A DNA stretch of 64,000 nt from an uncultured Pseudomonadota bacterium (GTDB lineage Bacteria; Myxococcota_A; UBA796; SXON01), in contig CAIMSU010000077.1 in NCBI GenBank assembly GCA_903844155.1, positions 5,917-69,916 of the forward strand, given 5' to 3'. Position numbers and translations under genes: made by a program. Positions 55,563 to 64,000 of the stretch are shown here, in pieces. The notes below the pieces were generated by a model. That model saw nothing but the letters and a program-made list of their open reading frames with translations. It ran no database searches and was not told the DNA's origin. Position 1 is the first letter of the stretch; each line of letters begins with the position of its first letter.

Positions 55563-57301
55563 TGACACTCTCCCTGCTGCCAGGTCTGCGCCCCGGCGTC
55601 GAGCTTGAACACGCACGTCTTCCCCGGCGAAACGGCGAAGGATGCCCGGACCGCGCTCCCGCCCGCCGCCATGCGGACCTTCGTGCGGTAGGTTCCAGCC
55701 TCCAGGTCCTTGATCCGAAAGAAGCCGGTGCCATCCCAGTCGCCCTTGAAGCCGGTGGAATTCGTCACGTTGACCTCCACGGCCTTCTCCGGGATCGACA
55801 GGAGGACGCCGCCCTTGCCGGCCGCGTTGGGGCCCCAGTCCATGTTGGCGCTGCCCGTCGGCAGGTTGGCCGCCGGCGGCGCGTCTACCACCGGCGGATC
55901 GGTCGACGTGCCGCCGCCCCCCGTTCCATGCAAAACGACGACGCCGATGGTGACCGCCACTGCCGCCAGAACACCGAGCACCACCAGCCCGATGAGCACC
56001 TTGACCAGGCCGCCTCCAGACGACGACACGGGCTCGGGAGCGGCGTCCTCCAGCGGATCAAACGTCCGCGTCGAGGACGGCATGACCGCCGGCTCACGCG
56101 CCATCGGCAGCGTCATCGGCTTGCCGCCGGGCCCGTCGATCGAGCGGCTGGAGGTTCCCGCCGGGTTGACCGTCGACATGCCCGCGGGCACACGCGGCGC
56201 GATGGCGGTGTCGGGTCGGCTCTTCGGCATGTCGATGGCGCCGAGCGCGGCGTGGTGGGACGACGAGCCCCCGTGCCCGGGCTCCTCCCAGGACTCCACC
56301 TCACCGCCCGTGAAGCCGGAGCGCTCCTCGATCTGCGTGGTCCCAACGAGCGGATCGCTCGGATCCTGCGCGGGCTTGTGGGCCTCGTAGACCACGCGGA
56401 CGACGTCCTTCGCAAAGCGCTTGAGCCCGCCGTCACGCGTGCGCTCCGCGAGGTCGTCCATGATGTCGTTGACCTGCGCGGCGGTCGGGCGCTGGGGCAT
56501 CTCGTAAGCGAGCATGTTCGCCAGGGTTTCCTTGACCCGCTCGGCGTCCTTGGCGACCATCTGGCCAAGATCGATGCCGGCGATCTTCTCGCGAAGCGTG
56601 GCTTCGAACTTCTCTGGTCGGATCTGGATCTTTCCGAATGAGTCGAGCGTGAGCAGCTCGTAGAGCGTGATGCCGAGGCTGAAGATGTCGGCCGAGGTCG
56701 TGTCATCCTCGCCCATCAGCCGCTCGGGGCTCATGTAGGCGGCGCTCCCAAACGCGAGCGCCTGCGTCTTGGCCTCCCGCTCCTCAAAACTGGCGCGCGC
56801 CGTGCCGAAGTCGAGCACCTTGACGTCGCCCTCGACCGTCACCATCGCGTTGGAGGGCTTGATGTCCCGGTGGATGACGTTGAGCGGCGCGCCGCCCTGC
56901 AGGGGCACGGACGTGTAGGCCGCATCGAGCGCGGTCGCCATCTGCGCGATGACCTCAAAAGCAGCCTGGCGTGGAAAAATCTTCCCGTTGTCCTTCAGGA
57001 AGTTGGTGATCGCCTTCAGATCGACGCCCTGGAGGTACTCCATGACGATGGCGCACTGGCCCTGGATCGCGGTCAGGTCCTCCACCCGCACGATGTTCCG
57101 ATGGCGCAACTTTCCAAGCAGCCGCGCCTCGTCCCGCGAGCGCATCACGATCTCGTCGTTGCCGACCCACTTTCCATGCAACACCTTGACCGCGACGATC
57201 GTCGAAAAGTTGTCGCCCGACTTCATCTCGGCAAGGTAGACCTTCCCAAATCCCCCAGCGGCGATCTCACTTACGAAGCGGAAGCGGCGGCGGGACTCCA
57301 T
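55559..57301 (-). CDS. Membrane Ser/Thr protein kinase with an extracytoplasmic PEGA-like domain
   Basis: GGFGKVYLAE, VAVKVLH, HRDIKPSN, DFGTAR, a single TM (LIGLVVLGVLAAVAVTIGVVVL) and a C-terminal beta domain. GAGGAG RBS lies before ATG 57301. Confidence 0.9.
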   Translation of the reverse strand: MESRRRFRFVSEIAAGGFGKVYLAEMKSGDNFSTIVAVKVLHGKWVGNDEIVMRSRDEARLLGKLRHRNIVRVEDLTAIQGQCAIVMEYLQGVDLKAITNFLKDNGKIFPRQAAFEVIAQMATALDAAYTSVPLQGGAPLNVIHRDIKPSNAMVTVEGDVKVLDFGTARASFEEREAKTQALAFGSAAYMSPERLMGEDDTTSADIFSLGITLYELLTLDSFGKIQIRPEKFEATLREKIAGIDLGQMVAKDAERVKETLANMLAYEMPQRPTAAQVNDIMDDLAERTRDGGLKRFAKDVVRVVYEAHKPAQDPSDPLVGTTQIEERSGFTGGEVESWEEPGHGGSSSHHAALGAIDMPKSRPDTAIAPRVPAGMSTVNPAGTSSRSIDGPGGKPMTLPMAREPAVMPSSTRTFDPLEDAAPEPVSSSGGGLVKVLIGLVVLGVLAAVAVTIGVVVLHGTGGGGTSTDPPVVDAPPAANLPTGSANMDWGPNAAGKGGVLLSIPEKAVEVNVTNSTGFKGDWDGTGFFRIKDLEAGTYRTKVRMAAGGSAVRASFAVSPGKTCVFKLDAGAQTWQQGECQ

Positions 57302-57447
57302 TTCTCCTCGGGTTTGGCGGATCGGGCTAGGGCATCCGCAGCGCACCGCGGGAACGCCGCAGAACGATAGCACGGCGAGCCCGTCCGGCCAGCCGATCAC
57401 CCCGGCGTTTTTCGGGACCGGGGCCGCGAGCGGGGTTAGAACGCCCC

Positions 57448-58344
57448 ATGCGCGCATCGATCGACGTCGGCTCCAACTCCCTTCTCCTCCTCGTGGTGGA
57501 TGACACCGGAAAGACCGTCGCCGACGAGCAACACGTGATCGGGCTCGGAAAGGGGCTCGGGCCGGAGCGGGGGCTCTTCCGGCCCGACCGGATGGAGGCG
57601 GCGATGGCGGTGTTCATCGGCTTTGCCGCACGGGCACAGTCGCTCGGGGTGAAGCCGTCGGAGATCCGCGCCGTAGCTACCTCGGCGTCGCGACGCGCCC
57701 TCAACGCGCCGACCTTCTACGCGGACGTGGCGCGCAAGTCGGGCATCAAGGTCGAGGTCATCTCGGGCGAGGAGGAGGCCCGCTACACCTGGCTCGGCAG
57801 CCTCGAAGGCATCGAGCTCCCCGCCGGTCTCTGCATGGTCGTGGACCCGGGCGGCGGCTCCACCGAGGCCATCTTCGGAGAACAACGTCAAATTCGGTCG
57901 CGGTGCTCGATGGAGGTCGGGACCGTGCGGCTGACCGAGCAGTTCCTCGGCTACGGCGCGGTCACACCCAGCGCCTACGCCCATCTGCGCGCGCACGTGG
58001 ATGCGGTCGTCGGCGCGCTCGTCGTCCCCGCGATCCCCAAGGCGATCGTGGCGGTAGCCGGCACAGCGACGACGTTGATGGCGATGGAGCTGAAGCTCGC
58101 GACCTACGACGGCGCACGGGTGCACGGCGGCACGCTCTCGACCGCCTCGCTTCGGAAATGGATCGACCGTCTGCTCGCGGCGTCTCCGGAGGAGCGTCAG
58201 GCCCTGGTTGCCGTGAGCCCGGGTCGAGCGGACACGCTTCTCGCCGGCGCGACCATCCTCCTGCGCGTATTGGAACAGGCGCGGAGGCAGGCGTGCCGGG
58301 TGAGCGATCGGGGCTTGCGTCATGGGGTCCTGGTCGGGCGATGA
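57448..58344 (+). CDS. ppx: Ppx/GppA-family phosphatase (N-terminal actin-like ATPase domains only)
   Basis: MRASIDVGSNSLLLLVVD, ATSASRRA, VISGEEEARY and DPGGGSTE motifs. Confidence 0.85.
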   Translation: MRASIDVGSNSLLLLVVDDTGKTVADEQHVIGLGKGLGPERGLFRPDRMEAAMAVFIGFAARAQSLGVKPSEIRAVATSASRRALNAPTFYADVARKSGIKVEVISGEEEARYTWLGSLEGIELPAGLCMVVDPGGGSTEAIFGEQRQIRSRCSMEVGTVRLTEQFLGYGAVTPSAYAHLRAHVDAVVGALVVPAIPKAIVAVAGTATTLMAMELKLATYDGARVHGGTLSTASLRKWIDRLLAASPEERQALVAVSPGRADTLLAGATILLRVLEQARRQACRVSDRGLRHGVLVGR

Positions 58345-59396
58345 GCAGGCCGGCCGTCGTGATCGTGGGCGCCGGCCTGCACGGCTGCGCGCTGGCGTTT
58401 GAGCTGGCAGAACGCGGTGCCGACGTCGTCGTCATCGAGCGCGGGATCGTCGGCGCCGAGGCGTCGAGCGCCGCGGCGGGGATGCTCGCGCCAACGGCGG
58501 AGGCGTGCGCGCATCCAGGCGGGACCGTGGCGCACGCCATCGGCGTCGACAGCCTCGCGCGCTACCCGGCGTGGTTGGCGCGCGTGCAGGCGGCGTCAGG
58601 CATGGCTGTGAGCGGGGCCTGGAGCGGCATCGTCATCGACGAACGGCGGTGCGCGCCGGGCGTGGCGCTGGAGGGGCGACTCACCGGGCGGGAGTTGGCG
58701 GCGATCGAGCCAAACCTCGCCATCGACCACGCGTTCCTGATCCCCGGCGAGGGCTGGGTCGATCCCGTGGAGCTGGTGGCCGCCGTGGCGCAGGCAGCGT
58801 TGAACGTCGGGGTTCGCTTCGTCCGGGGGGAGGTGCGCGCGGTCGCGGAGGGTGCAGTCACGATCGGCGCGGAGGGCGGGGAGCTACGACTCTGCGGCGA
58901 GGTGGTCGTCTGTGCCGGGGCGTGGACAGCGAGGGTGCCGGGGCTTGCGACGTTGCCGGTCGAGCCCGTCCGCGGGCAGATCCTCGCGTTGGACGCGCAG
59001 GGGTGCGGTCCCTCGCGCGTCGTGTTCGCGCCCGGCTGCTACCTGGTGCCTCGCCACGACGGGCGCGTGCTCGTGGGGTCGACGATGGAGCGCGTCGGCT
59101 TTGAGCGCGGGGTCACGCCCGAGGGCATCGCGGCGCTGTCGGCGGCCGCGGTTCTCGCCTGCCCTGGCCTCGCCGGAGCGGCCCGGATCGGCGCCTGGTC
59201 CGGTTTCCGCCCGGGAACGCCGGATGGGCTCCCGGTCATGGGGCGATGGCAGGGCGTGTGGGTCGCCAGCGGACACCACCGCAACGGCATCCTGCTCGCG
59301 CCGTACACGGCAGCCGTCATGGCCGGTGCGTTGCTGCACGGGGTGGCCCTGCATGCAGCGCTGGATCCTGGCCGATTCGCCCGGTCAGCCGCGTAG
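58341..59396 (+). CDS. thiO: FAD-dependent glycine/D-amino-acid oxidase (ThiO-like)
   Basis: VVIVGAGLHGCALAFELAERG dinucleotide fold; DAO-family C-terminus (GHHRNGILLAP). The ATG overlaps the ppx stop (ATGA). Confidence 0.75.
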   Translation: MSRPAVVIVGAGLHGCALAFELAERGADVVVIERGIVGAEASSAAAGMLAPTAEACAHPGGTVAHAIGVDSLARYPAWLARVQAASGMAVSGAWSGIVIDERRCAPGVALEGRLTGRELAAIEPNLAIDHAFLIPGEGWVDPVELVAAVAQAALNVGVRFVRGEVRAVAEGAVTIGAEGGELRLCGEVVVCAGAWTARVPGLATLPVEPVRGQILALDAQGCGPSRVVFAPGCYLVPRHDGRVLVGSTMERVGFERGVTPEGIAALSAAAVLACPGLAGAARIGAWSGFRPGTPDGLPVMGRWQGVWVASGHHRNGILLAPYTAAVMAGALLHGVALHAALDPGRFARSAA

Positions 59397-59406
59397 CGCT
59401 CGACGC

Positions 59407-59865
59407 TTACGGGGGCAGCCGGTCGGGGCAGCCGGCGCCGAGCGTGCACCGGGCGTAGATCTCGTGACGGTGGTGGACGGGCCGCAGGTGCCGACCTGCG
59501 CAGATGTCCGACTGCCTCGCTTCGATGATGGGGTCCTCGAATTCGAAGATGCGGCTGCAATCCAGGCAGATCAGGTGATCGTGGTGATCATCGCCCATGT
59601 GCGGCTCGTAGCGCGTCTGACCGTCCTGGAACTTGCGCTCGTGCGCAACACCGGCCTCCACGAACAGCTTCATCGTCCGGTACACCGTCGCGTACCCGAC
59701 ACCCGGGAGCCGGGTCTGCACCTGCGCCAGCAGCTCGTCGATGCTCGCGTGGCCGCCGAGCGCATAGAACACCTCAAGCACCTCGTCGCGCTGACGGGTG
59801 TGCTTGAGCCCGTTTTCGCGAATGTGCACCGCAAGGCGCGCTTGGGCTTCGGCGAGCGAATGCAT
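59407..59865 (-). CDS. fur: Fur-family metalloregulator (Fur/Zur/PerR type not resolved)
   Basis: KHTRQRDEVLEVF, GYATVYRTMKLF, HHDHLICLDCSRIFEF and a C-terminal Cys pair. Confidence 0.9.
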   Translation of the reverse strand: MHSLAEAQARLAVHIRENGLKHTRQRDEVLEVFYALGGHASIDELLAQVQTRLPGVGYATVYRTMKLFVEAGVAHERKFQDGQTRYEPHMGDDHHDHLICLDCSRIFEFEDPIIEARQSDICAGRHLRPVHHRHEIYARCTLGAGCPDRLPP

Positions 59866-60695
59866 CAGCCTTGGGTATCCCGACGGTCGGCCTCGGGTCG
59901 GACCTCCAGGAGGCGACGGGCGAAAGCCGCGAACCCGTGCCCGCCCGGCTCGGCGCACCGGAACGCAGGCCAGTCGGGGATCCGATCGAGGAAGGCGTCC
60001 ACGTTCGCGACCCCCACCGAGAGTGGAAAGTGGCTGAACATGGGCGCATCGTTCGCCGAATCGCCGACGAAGGCCCAGCGGGATGGGTCGGCGGGCAGTC
60101 CCAGGTCCGCCGTCAGCCTCTGGAATCCAGCAAGCTTGTCGAAGGCGCCAAACCACCCGTTCACATGGATGGAGCTGACCTTCGACGTCGCGCCGATGGC
60201 GTCGAAGGCCGCGACGATCGCATCGACGGAAGCACGCGGGAGCGGCGGTACATCCTCGCAAAAATCGATGGCAAGGTCCAGCGCCCGGTAGCCCTGATCG
60301 CTCGCGAGCGCCGTTCCCGGGACCGAGGCGAGGATCGACGCAGCGGCGGCGTCCAGGGCCGCCCGGTTGGCGACGCGCTCGTCCAACTCCTGCCAGAATC
60401 CCCGTCGAAGCGCCGGCACGCTGGTGCCCGCCATCCAGAACCACAACCCGCCGTTTTCCCCAACGACCCCCCGCACGGGCCATTGCCGCGCGATCAGGTC
60501 GCACCACCCGGCGGGGCGCCCGGTCACCGGAATCACGGCGAACCCCGCCCGGTCCAGCGCATCCAACGCCGCAAACGCCGCGGGCACCAGCCGGCCACGA
60601 TGGGTGAGCGTGTCGTCGATATCGCAGAGAACGCCGATTATCGGCGCCGCGTCGCCCAAGGTCAGCCGGTCGAGGGTCTGAAGTCGCTCGCTCAT
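59865..60695 (-). CDS. HAD-IIB family phosphatase (sugar-phosphate phosphatase-like)
   Basis: DIDDTLT (DxDxT), VTGRP, GDSANDAPMF. Its stop shares one nucleotide with the fur start (TGATG). Confidence 0.8.
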   Translation of the reverse strand: MSERLQTLDRLTLGDAAPIIGVLCDIDDTLTHRGRLVPAAFAALDALDRAGFAVIPVTGRPAGWCDLIARQWPVRGVVGENGGLWFWMAGTSVPALRRGFWQELDERVANRAALDAAAASILASVPGTALASDQGYRALDLAIDFCEDVPPLPRASVDAIVAAFDAIGATSKVSSIHVNGWFGAFDKLAGFQRLTADLGLPADPSRWAFVGDSANDAPMFSHFPLSVGVANVDAFLDRIPDWPAFRCAEPGGHGFAAFARRLLEVRPEADRRDTQG

Positions 60696-61570
60696 GGGCG
60701 CACCTCCGCGGGCGCGACGACGTCCCGGAGATGGCGGAGCTTGCGACGGATCGCGATGTTCGCAGCCAGCGGGCCGCCTGCGAGCCAGGACGGGCGCGCC
60801 GGAACCTCGCACCGGGGGTGGTCATTGAGCTGGAACCATGGCAACGCGCCGGTGTGATGCGCCACGGCGGCGGCATGGATCATCCGCGTTGCATGCCGCA
60901 CCTCGTGCGGCTGGGCGTGGTCGGGCAGCGCCTGCAGGCGGATGTAGGGGCAACGCAGACCCGGAACCCCGCGCACGGCCTCCCGCGGTGCCCAGTACCC
61001 CTCGTCGTCCATGGCGTGTCCCGCAGCGGGCACCAACAACCGCCCTCCGGACGTGATGATCTCGCGATCGCAGGGGCCCTCCCAATCCAGCACGAAGGCG
61101 GGATCCAGCTCCGGCCAACGCGCGGCTGCGCCAACCGCGGCGGCTACCCCAAGCGAAAGCGCCAGGACCCCGACGCGCCCACACTCCCGGCCCAACGCGA
61201 CGACGGCCGCTCGGACGTCGTCCTGATGTTCGGGGCCACCAAAATCCTCCTCGCCCCAGCTCTCGCCGCGGCCAGCCGGATCGAACACCAGCACCGTGTA
61301 CCCGCTCCCCGCCAGCTCAGCCGCGTTGACGACCGCCCCGTACCCGCACAACGCGTCGATGCCCTGATGGATGCCCGGGCTCACGACGAGGCCTGGCTGC
61401 GCGCGCCCATCCTCGAGTCGGACGATCCGCGCCTCCAACGCATACCCGGCAGCCGAGGTGAGGCGGAGCGACCGCGTCTCCAGCTTCGGGTGGTGCCTCA
61501 CCTGGTTCGCCCGGCGCGCAACCGCCTGGAACCGCCACTCCGCCGCCCGTCGCACATCCTCTGCGTTCAT
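60692..61570 (-). CDS. Alpha/beta-hydrolase fold protein
   Basis: Predicted nucleophile elbow LALSLGV and general alpha/beta-hydrolase spacing. Its stop overlaps the HAD start (ATGA). Function unknown. Confidence 0.65.
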   Translation of the reverse strand: MNAEDVRRAAEWRFQAVARRANQVRHHPKLETRSLRLTSAAGYALEARIVRLEDGRAQPGLVVSPGIHQGIDALCGYGAVVNAAELAGSGYTVLVFDPAGRGESWGEEDFGGPEHQDDVRAAVVALGRECGRVGVLALSLGVAAAVGAAARWPELDPAFVLDWEGPCDREIITSGGRLLVPAAGHAMDDEGYWAPREAVRGVPGLRCPYIRLQALPDHAQPHEVRHATRMIHAAAVAHHTGALPWFQLNDHPRCEVPARPSWLAGGPLAANIAIRRKLRHLRDVVAPAEVRP

Positions 61571-61574
61571 GGGG

Positions 61575-63041
61575 TCAGCTATCCCCGTCCGCGAGCACGT
61601 GGACCACCCGCGCCCCCGACCCGCCGACCACGATCGTCGCCCCGACCGGGCCGCCGGTCGCGAGGTCCACGCCCACCAGCCCGGGCATTTCCAGGCGCCG
61701 CTCCCCGGTCCCCACGTTGCCCACGACGAGCAGCTCGCCGCTCCGAAAGGCGAGAAGCTGCGCCGAGCCGGTGGGAACGAGGGTCGCCGTCGTCGCGCCC
61801 CACATCGACCGCACCTCGCCGAGCCAGCGCACGAGCAGCAGCATGCTGCCCGCCGTCCTCGCCTCGTCGTAGGCGTCCACGCCGACCTTGCACGCGGGAT
61901 CGGCCTCAAACCATGGTTCGCCCGTCGAAAAGCCGCAGTTCCACTTGCCATTCCAGGGCATCGGTGCGCGCCAGGGCATGTCGACGGGCTGCGTCGTCGT
62001 GTCCGGGAGATCGAGCTCGTCGCCGTAGTACAGGGCGGGGTGGCCGGGGCCGAGGAGGTGGAGGGTCAACAACGTGCGCCGCAGTGTCGCGTCGTGAACG
62101 CGCGAAGCCAGCCGCGAACGGTCGTAGTCGCTCAAGAACGGACGGGTGCGGGAGACGTCGTCGCCCCAGGCGGTCAGCACCGATGTCACCCAGCCAACGT
62201 CAGCGTCGCGGGACGCCGCATCCCAGGCGAGCGTCCGAGGGACGTCGGCGACAGGGCCAAGCCCCACCCACGGCTGCAGCGTCTGCACCACCGGGTCGTT
62301 GGGCGCCGTCACCAGCCCGAGCGCGGGGTCGGCGACCAGCGCTTCGGCGACCACGGCGCTGGCGGCTTCGAGGGGTGGTCGGTCGCCCTCGGTCTGAAAA
62401 TCGCGCAGCACGAACCCGTCGACCCCCGCGTCGACCAGCGGCGCAAGCCCAGCGACGACGTCGCCCGGGAGGCCAGGGTCGTCCCAGTCGAGGTCCGCGC
62501 TGCCGCACCCCTGCGAGGCATAGTAGTACCGCGCGTCCCCCGTCGGGCACCACCCCGGGGCGCTCGCCAGCCCGAGCTCGATCCGTCCGCCGCCGAGCAG
62601 GCCCTCGCGAAACCAGGGGTGCGACCGCCCGATCGCGTCCATCGGGACCTGCACCTCCAGACGCATGCCCTCGGCATGAAGATCCCCGGCCAGGGCAGCC
62701 AGCTCGTCGAGCGACCCGAGCGCCGGGTCGAGGCCTCCCGCTACGGGGATCGTGCGACCGGCGTCCCAGCCCGGCGCCACGGGTGTGAGCTGCACCGTTT
62801 GAACGCCGAGGCTCCGGATGTGCTGAATGTGCCAGCGGACGCCGAGTAGATCGCCGACACCGTCCCCATCGCTGTCCTGGAAGGCAGCGACCGGCAGGAC
62901 GTAGACGAAGTCCGGCGGCGCCTTGGGCAGGAGTGGGATCAGGGTGGCGGTGCAGCCCGAGAGGAGGGCCGTCGCCAGCGAGACCGGGACGAGGGGAATT
63001 CGGAGGAGTGAGGACATGCCGACGCCCAGGGCAAGACGCAT
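61575..63041 (-). CDS. GH13 (alpha-amylase family) lipoprotein with atypical catalytic-region motifs
   Basis: Lipobox LLSGC and the N-terminal GH13 signature FQDSDGDGVGDLLGV...LGVQTVQLTPV. Region II reads DGFVLRDF and region IV reads FLSDYD instead of the usual GFRxD and FxxNHD. Confidence 0.8.
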   Translation of the reverse strand: MRLALGVGMSSLLRIPLVPVSLATALLSGCTATLIPLLPKAPPDFVYVLPVAAFQDSDGDGVGDLLGVRWHIQHIRSLGVQTVQLTPVAPGWDAGRTIPVAGGLDPALGSLDELAALAGDLHAEGMRLEVQVPMDAIGRSHPWFREGLLGGGRIELGLASAPGWCPTGDARYYYASQGCGSADLDWDDPGLPGDVVAGLAPLVDAGVDGFVLRDFQTEGDRPPLEAASAVVAEALVADPALGLVTAPNDPVVQTLQPWVGLGPVADVPRTLAWDAASRDADVGWVTSVLTAWGDDVSRTRPFLSDYDRSRLASRVHDATLRRTLLTLHLLGPGHPALYYGDELDLPDTTTQPVDMPWRAPMPWNGKWNCGFSTGEPWFEADPACKVGVDAYDEARTAGSMLLLVRWLGEVRSMWGATTATLVPTGSAQLLAFRSGELLVVGNVGTGERRLEMPGLVGVDLATGGPVGATIVVGGSGARVVHVLADGDS

Positions 63042-63082
63042 GCCCGACGGTTTTCGTCAAAGAATGCCGGTTGCTCCGTGCC

Positions 63083-63104
63083 GGGGGTGACAACCGTCAC
63101 CCCC
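63083..63104. promoter_or_regulatory. Perfect 9-bp-stem hairpin/palindrome GGGGGTGAC aacc GTCACCCCC in the GH13/dctP divergent intergenic region
   Basis: Read directly from the sequence. Lies 42 nt from the GH13 start and 87 nt from the dctP start. Confidence 0.6.
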
Positions 63105-63114
63105 CCTGTCAGAC

Positions 63115-63134
63115 TTCCGTCAGTTTTCCGTCGA
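63115..63134 (+). promoter_or_regulatory. Direct repeat TTCCGTCAG-N2-TTCCGTCGA (11-nt phasing) upstream of dctP; contains the CGTCAGTTTTCC half-site of the palindrome family
   Basis: Read directly from the sequence. The one-helical-turn spacing is typical of winged-helix response-regulator sites; that function is conjecture. Confidence 0.3.
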
Positions 63135-63190
63135 CAAGGGGGTCGCGGAAATAAATTCGCGAATTACCTCCCACCGGCCCCGGAGCCCCC

Positions 63191-64000
63191 ATGGATCGCC
63201 GTTCCTTCCTCCACGACCTCGCGCGCGTCAGCGCGGGTGCCATCGCGCTCGCCACGGTCAGCCCGCCCGCCGCGGCCGACCCCCTCTACACGCTGAAGAT
63301 CGCCTCCGTCGCCCCCGAAGGCACACCCTGGGCGAGCGGCGTCACCGATTTCAAGGCCGCGATCGAGGCATCCAGCGGCGGGCGCATCCTCGTCCGCCCG
63401 TTCCTCGGCGGCGTGCTGGGGGATGAGAACGAGACGGTCCAGGCCTGCCAGCGCGGGCAGATCCAGGGCGTTGGCGCGTCCACGGGCGCGCTCGCGAGCA
63501 TCGTCCCCGAGCTGAACGTCCTGGAGCTGCCGTTCCTCTTCAAGAGCGCGGACGAGGCCGACTTCGTGCTCGACACCGTCATCCTCGCCTCGGTCGAGAA
63601 ATCGTTCCGGGATCGCGGCTTGATCCTCGGGTTTTGGAGCGAGAACGGGTACCGCTGCTTCGGGACGCGCTACGGCATCATCAAGTCGCCGGCGGACCTG
63701 AAGGGCCACAAGCTGCGCTCGCAGGAGAGCCCCGTCCACCTCGAGATGTACAAGCAATTCGGCGCTTCGCCCGTCCCGATCCCGACGACAGAGGTGCTGA
63801 CCTCGCTCCAGACCGGCGTCATCGACGGCTACGACAACACCGTGCTCTTCGCGACGGCGGCGCAGTGGACCAGCGCCACGAAGTTCTTCACGTTGACCAA
63901 CCACATCTACCAGCCCGCGGCCATCGTGTTCAACAAGGCGTTCTACGACGGCCTCCCCGCCGACCTGCAGACGCAGATGATGAGCGCGCGCAACGGCCTG
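63191..64000 (+). CDS. dctP: TRAP transporter solute-binding subunit DctP family; 3' end lies outside the window. Not in the supplied ORF track because no stop is reached.
   Basis: My own translation from ATG 63191: MDRRSFLHDLARVSAGAIALATV (Tat-like signal), LKIASVAPEGTPW, ELPFLF, LRSQESPV, LQTGVIDGYDNT, TNHIYQP. Confidence 0.9.
   Translation, partial: MDRRSFLHDLARVSAGAIALATVSPPAAADPLYTLKIASVAPEGTPWASGVTDFKAAIEASSGGRILVRPFLGGVLGDENETVQACQRGQIQGVGASTGALASIVPELNVLELPFLFKSADEADFVLDTVILASVEKSFRDRGLILGFWSENGYRCFGTRYGIIKSPADLKGHKLRSQESPVHLEMYKQFGASPVPIPTTEVLTSLQTGVIDGYDNTVLFATAAQWTSATKFFTLTNHIYQPAAIVFNKAFYDGLPADLQTQMMSARNGL

Overview
High-GC (about 68-70%) chromosomal DNA with a myxobacterial/deltaproteobacterial gene repertoire: many Ser/Thr kinases, a sigma-54 activator, type IV pilin-like genes, FG-GAP and TPR proteins. 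I support about 58 protein-coding genes and found no rRNA, tRNA, tmRNA or CRISPR. Most of the window is housekeeping: pntAB, dksA, an envelope operon (SLT-pgsA-GT-C-DUF2809-TIGR02757), a futalosine-pathway menaquinone cluster, smpB, a MerR-headed iscS-iscU-iscA-hscB operon followed by recQ, an OPT transporter, an ABC-2 exporter, sucB, rsgA, ppx, thiO, fur and a partial TRAP dctP. The main non-standard signal is a hairpin-ended repeat of about 192 nt in three copies, all in the same + strand orientation. Two head-to-tail copies (12069-12455) split a small lipoprotein gene. One copy (33833-34024) lies inside recQ and is read through as an in-frame 64-codon insert. Its subterminal hairpins show compensatory substitutions between copies, and every copy is preceded by and ends in GSCA. 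This suggests a non-autonomous hairpin-dependent mobile element, but that is inference. Other leads: an AT-rich palindrome family (AAAACTGACGNCGTCAGTTTT), one copy of which is in-frame inside a membrane-protein gene; a Cys-rich MerR regulator with a dyad operator in place of IscR; an MqnA-radical-SAM fusion; a eukaryote-like KDSR homologue; a STAND-NTPase/TPR protein beside a degenerate EEP-like membrane protein; a kinase translationally coupled to a protein with 57-nt tandem repeats; and a possibly frameshifted lipoprotein gene. All functional calls come from motif recognition by eye. No database search was possible, and start codons are often uncertain.
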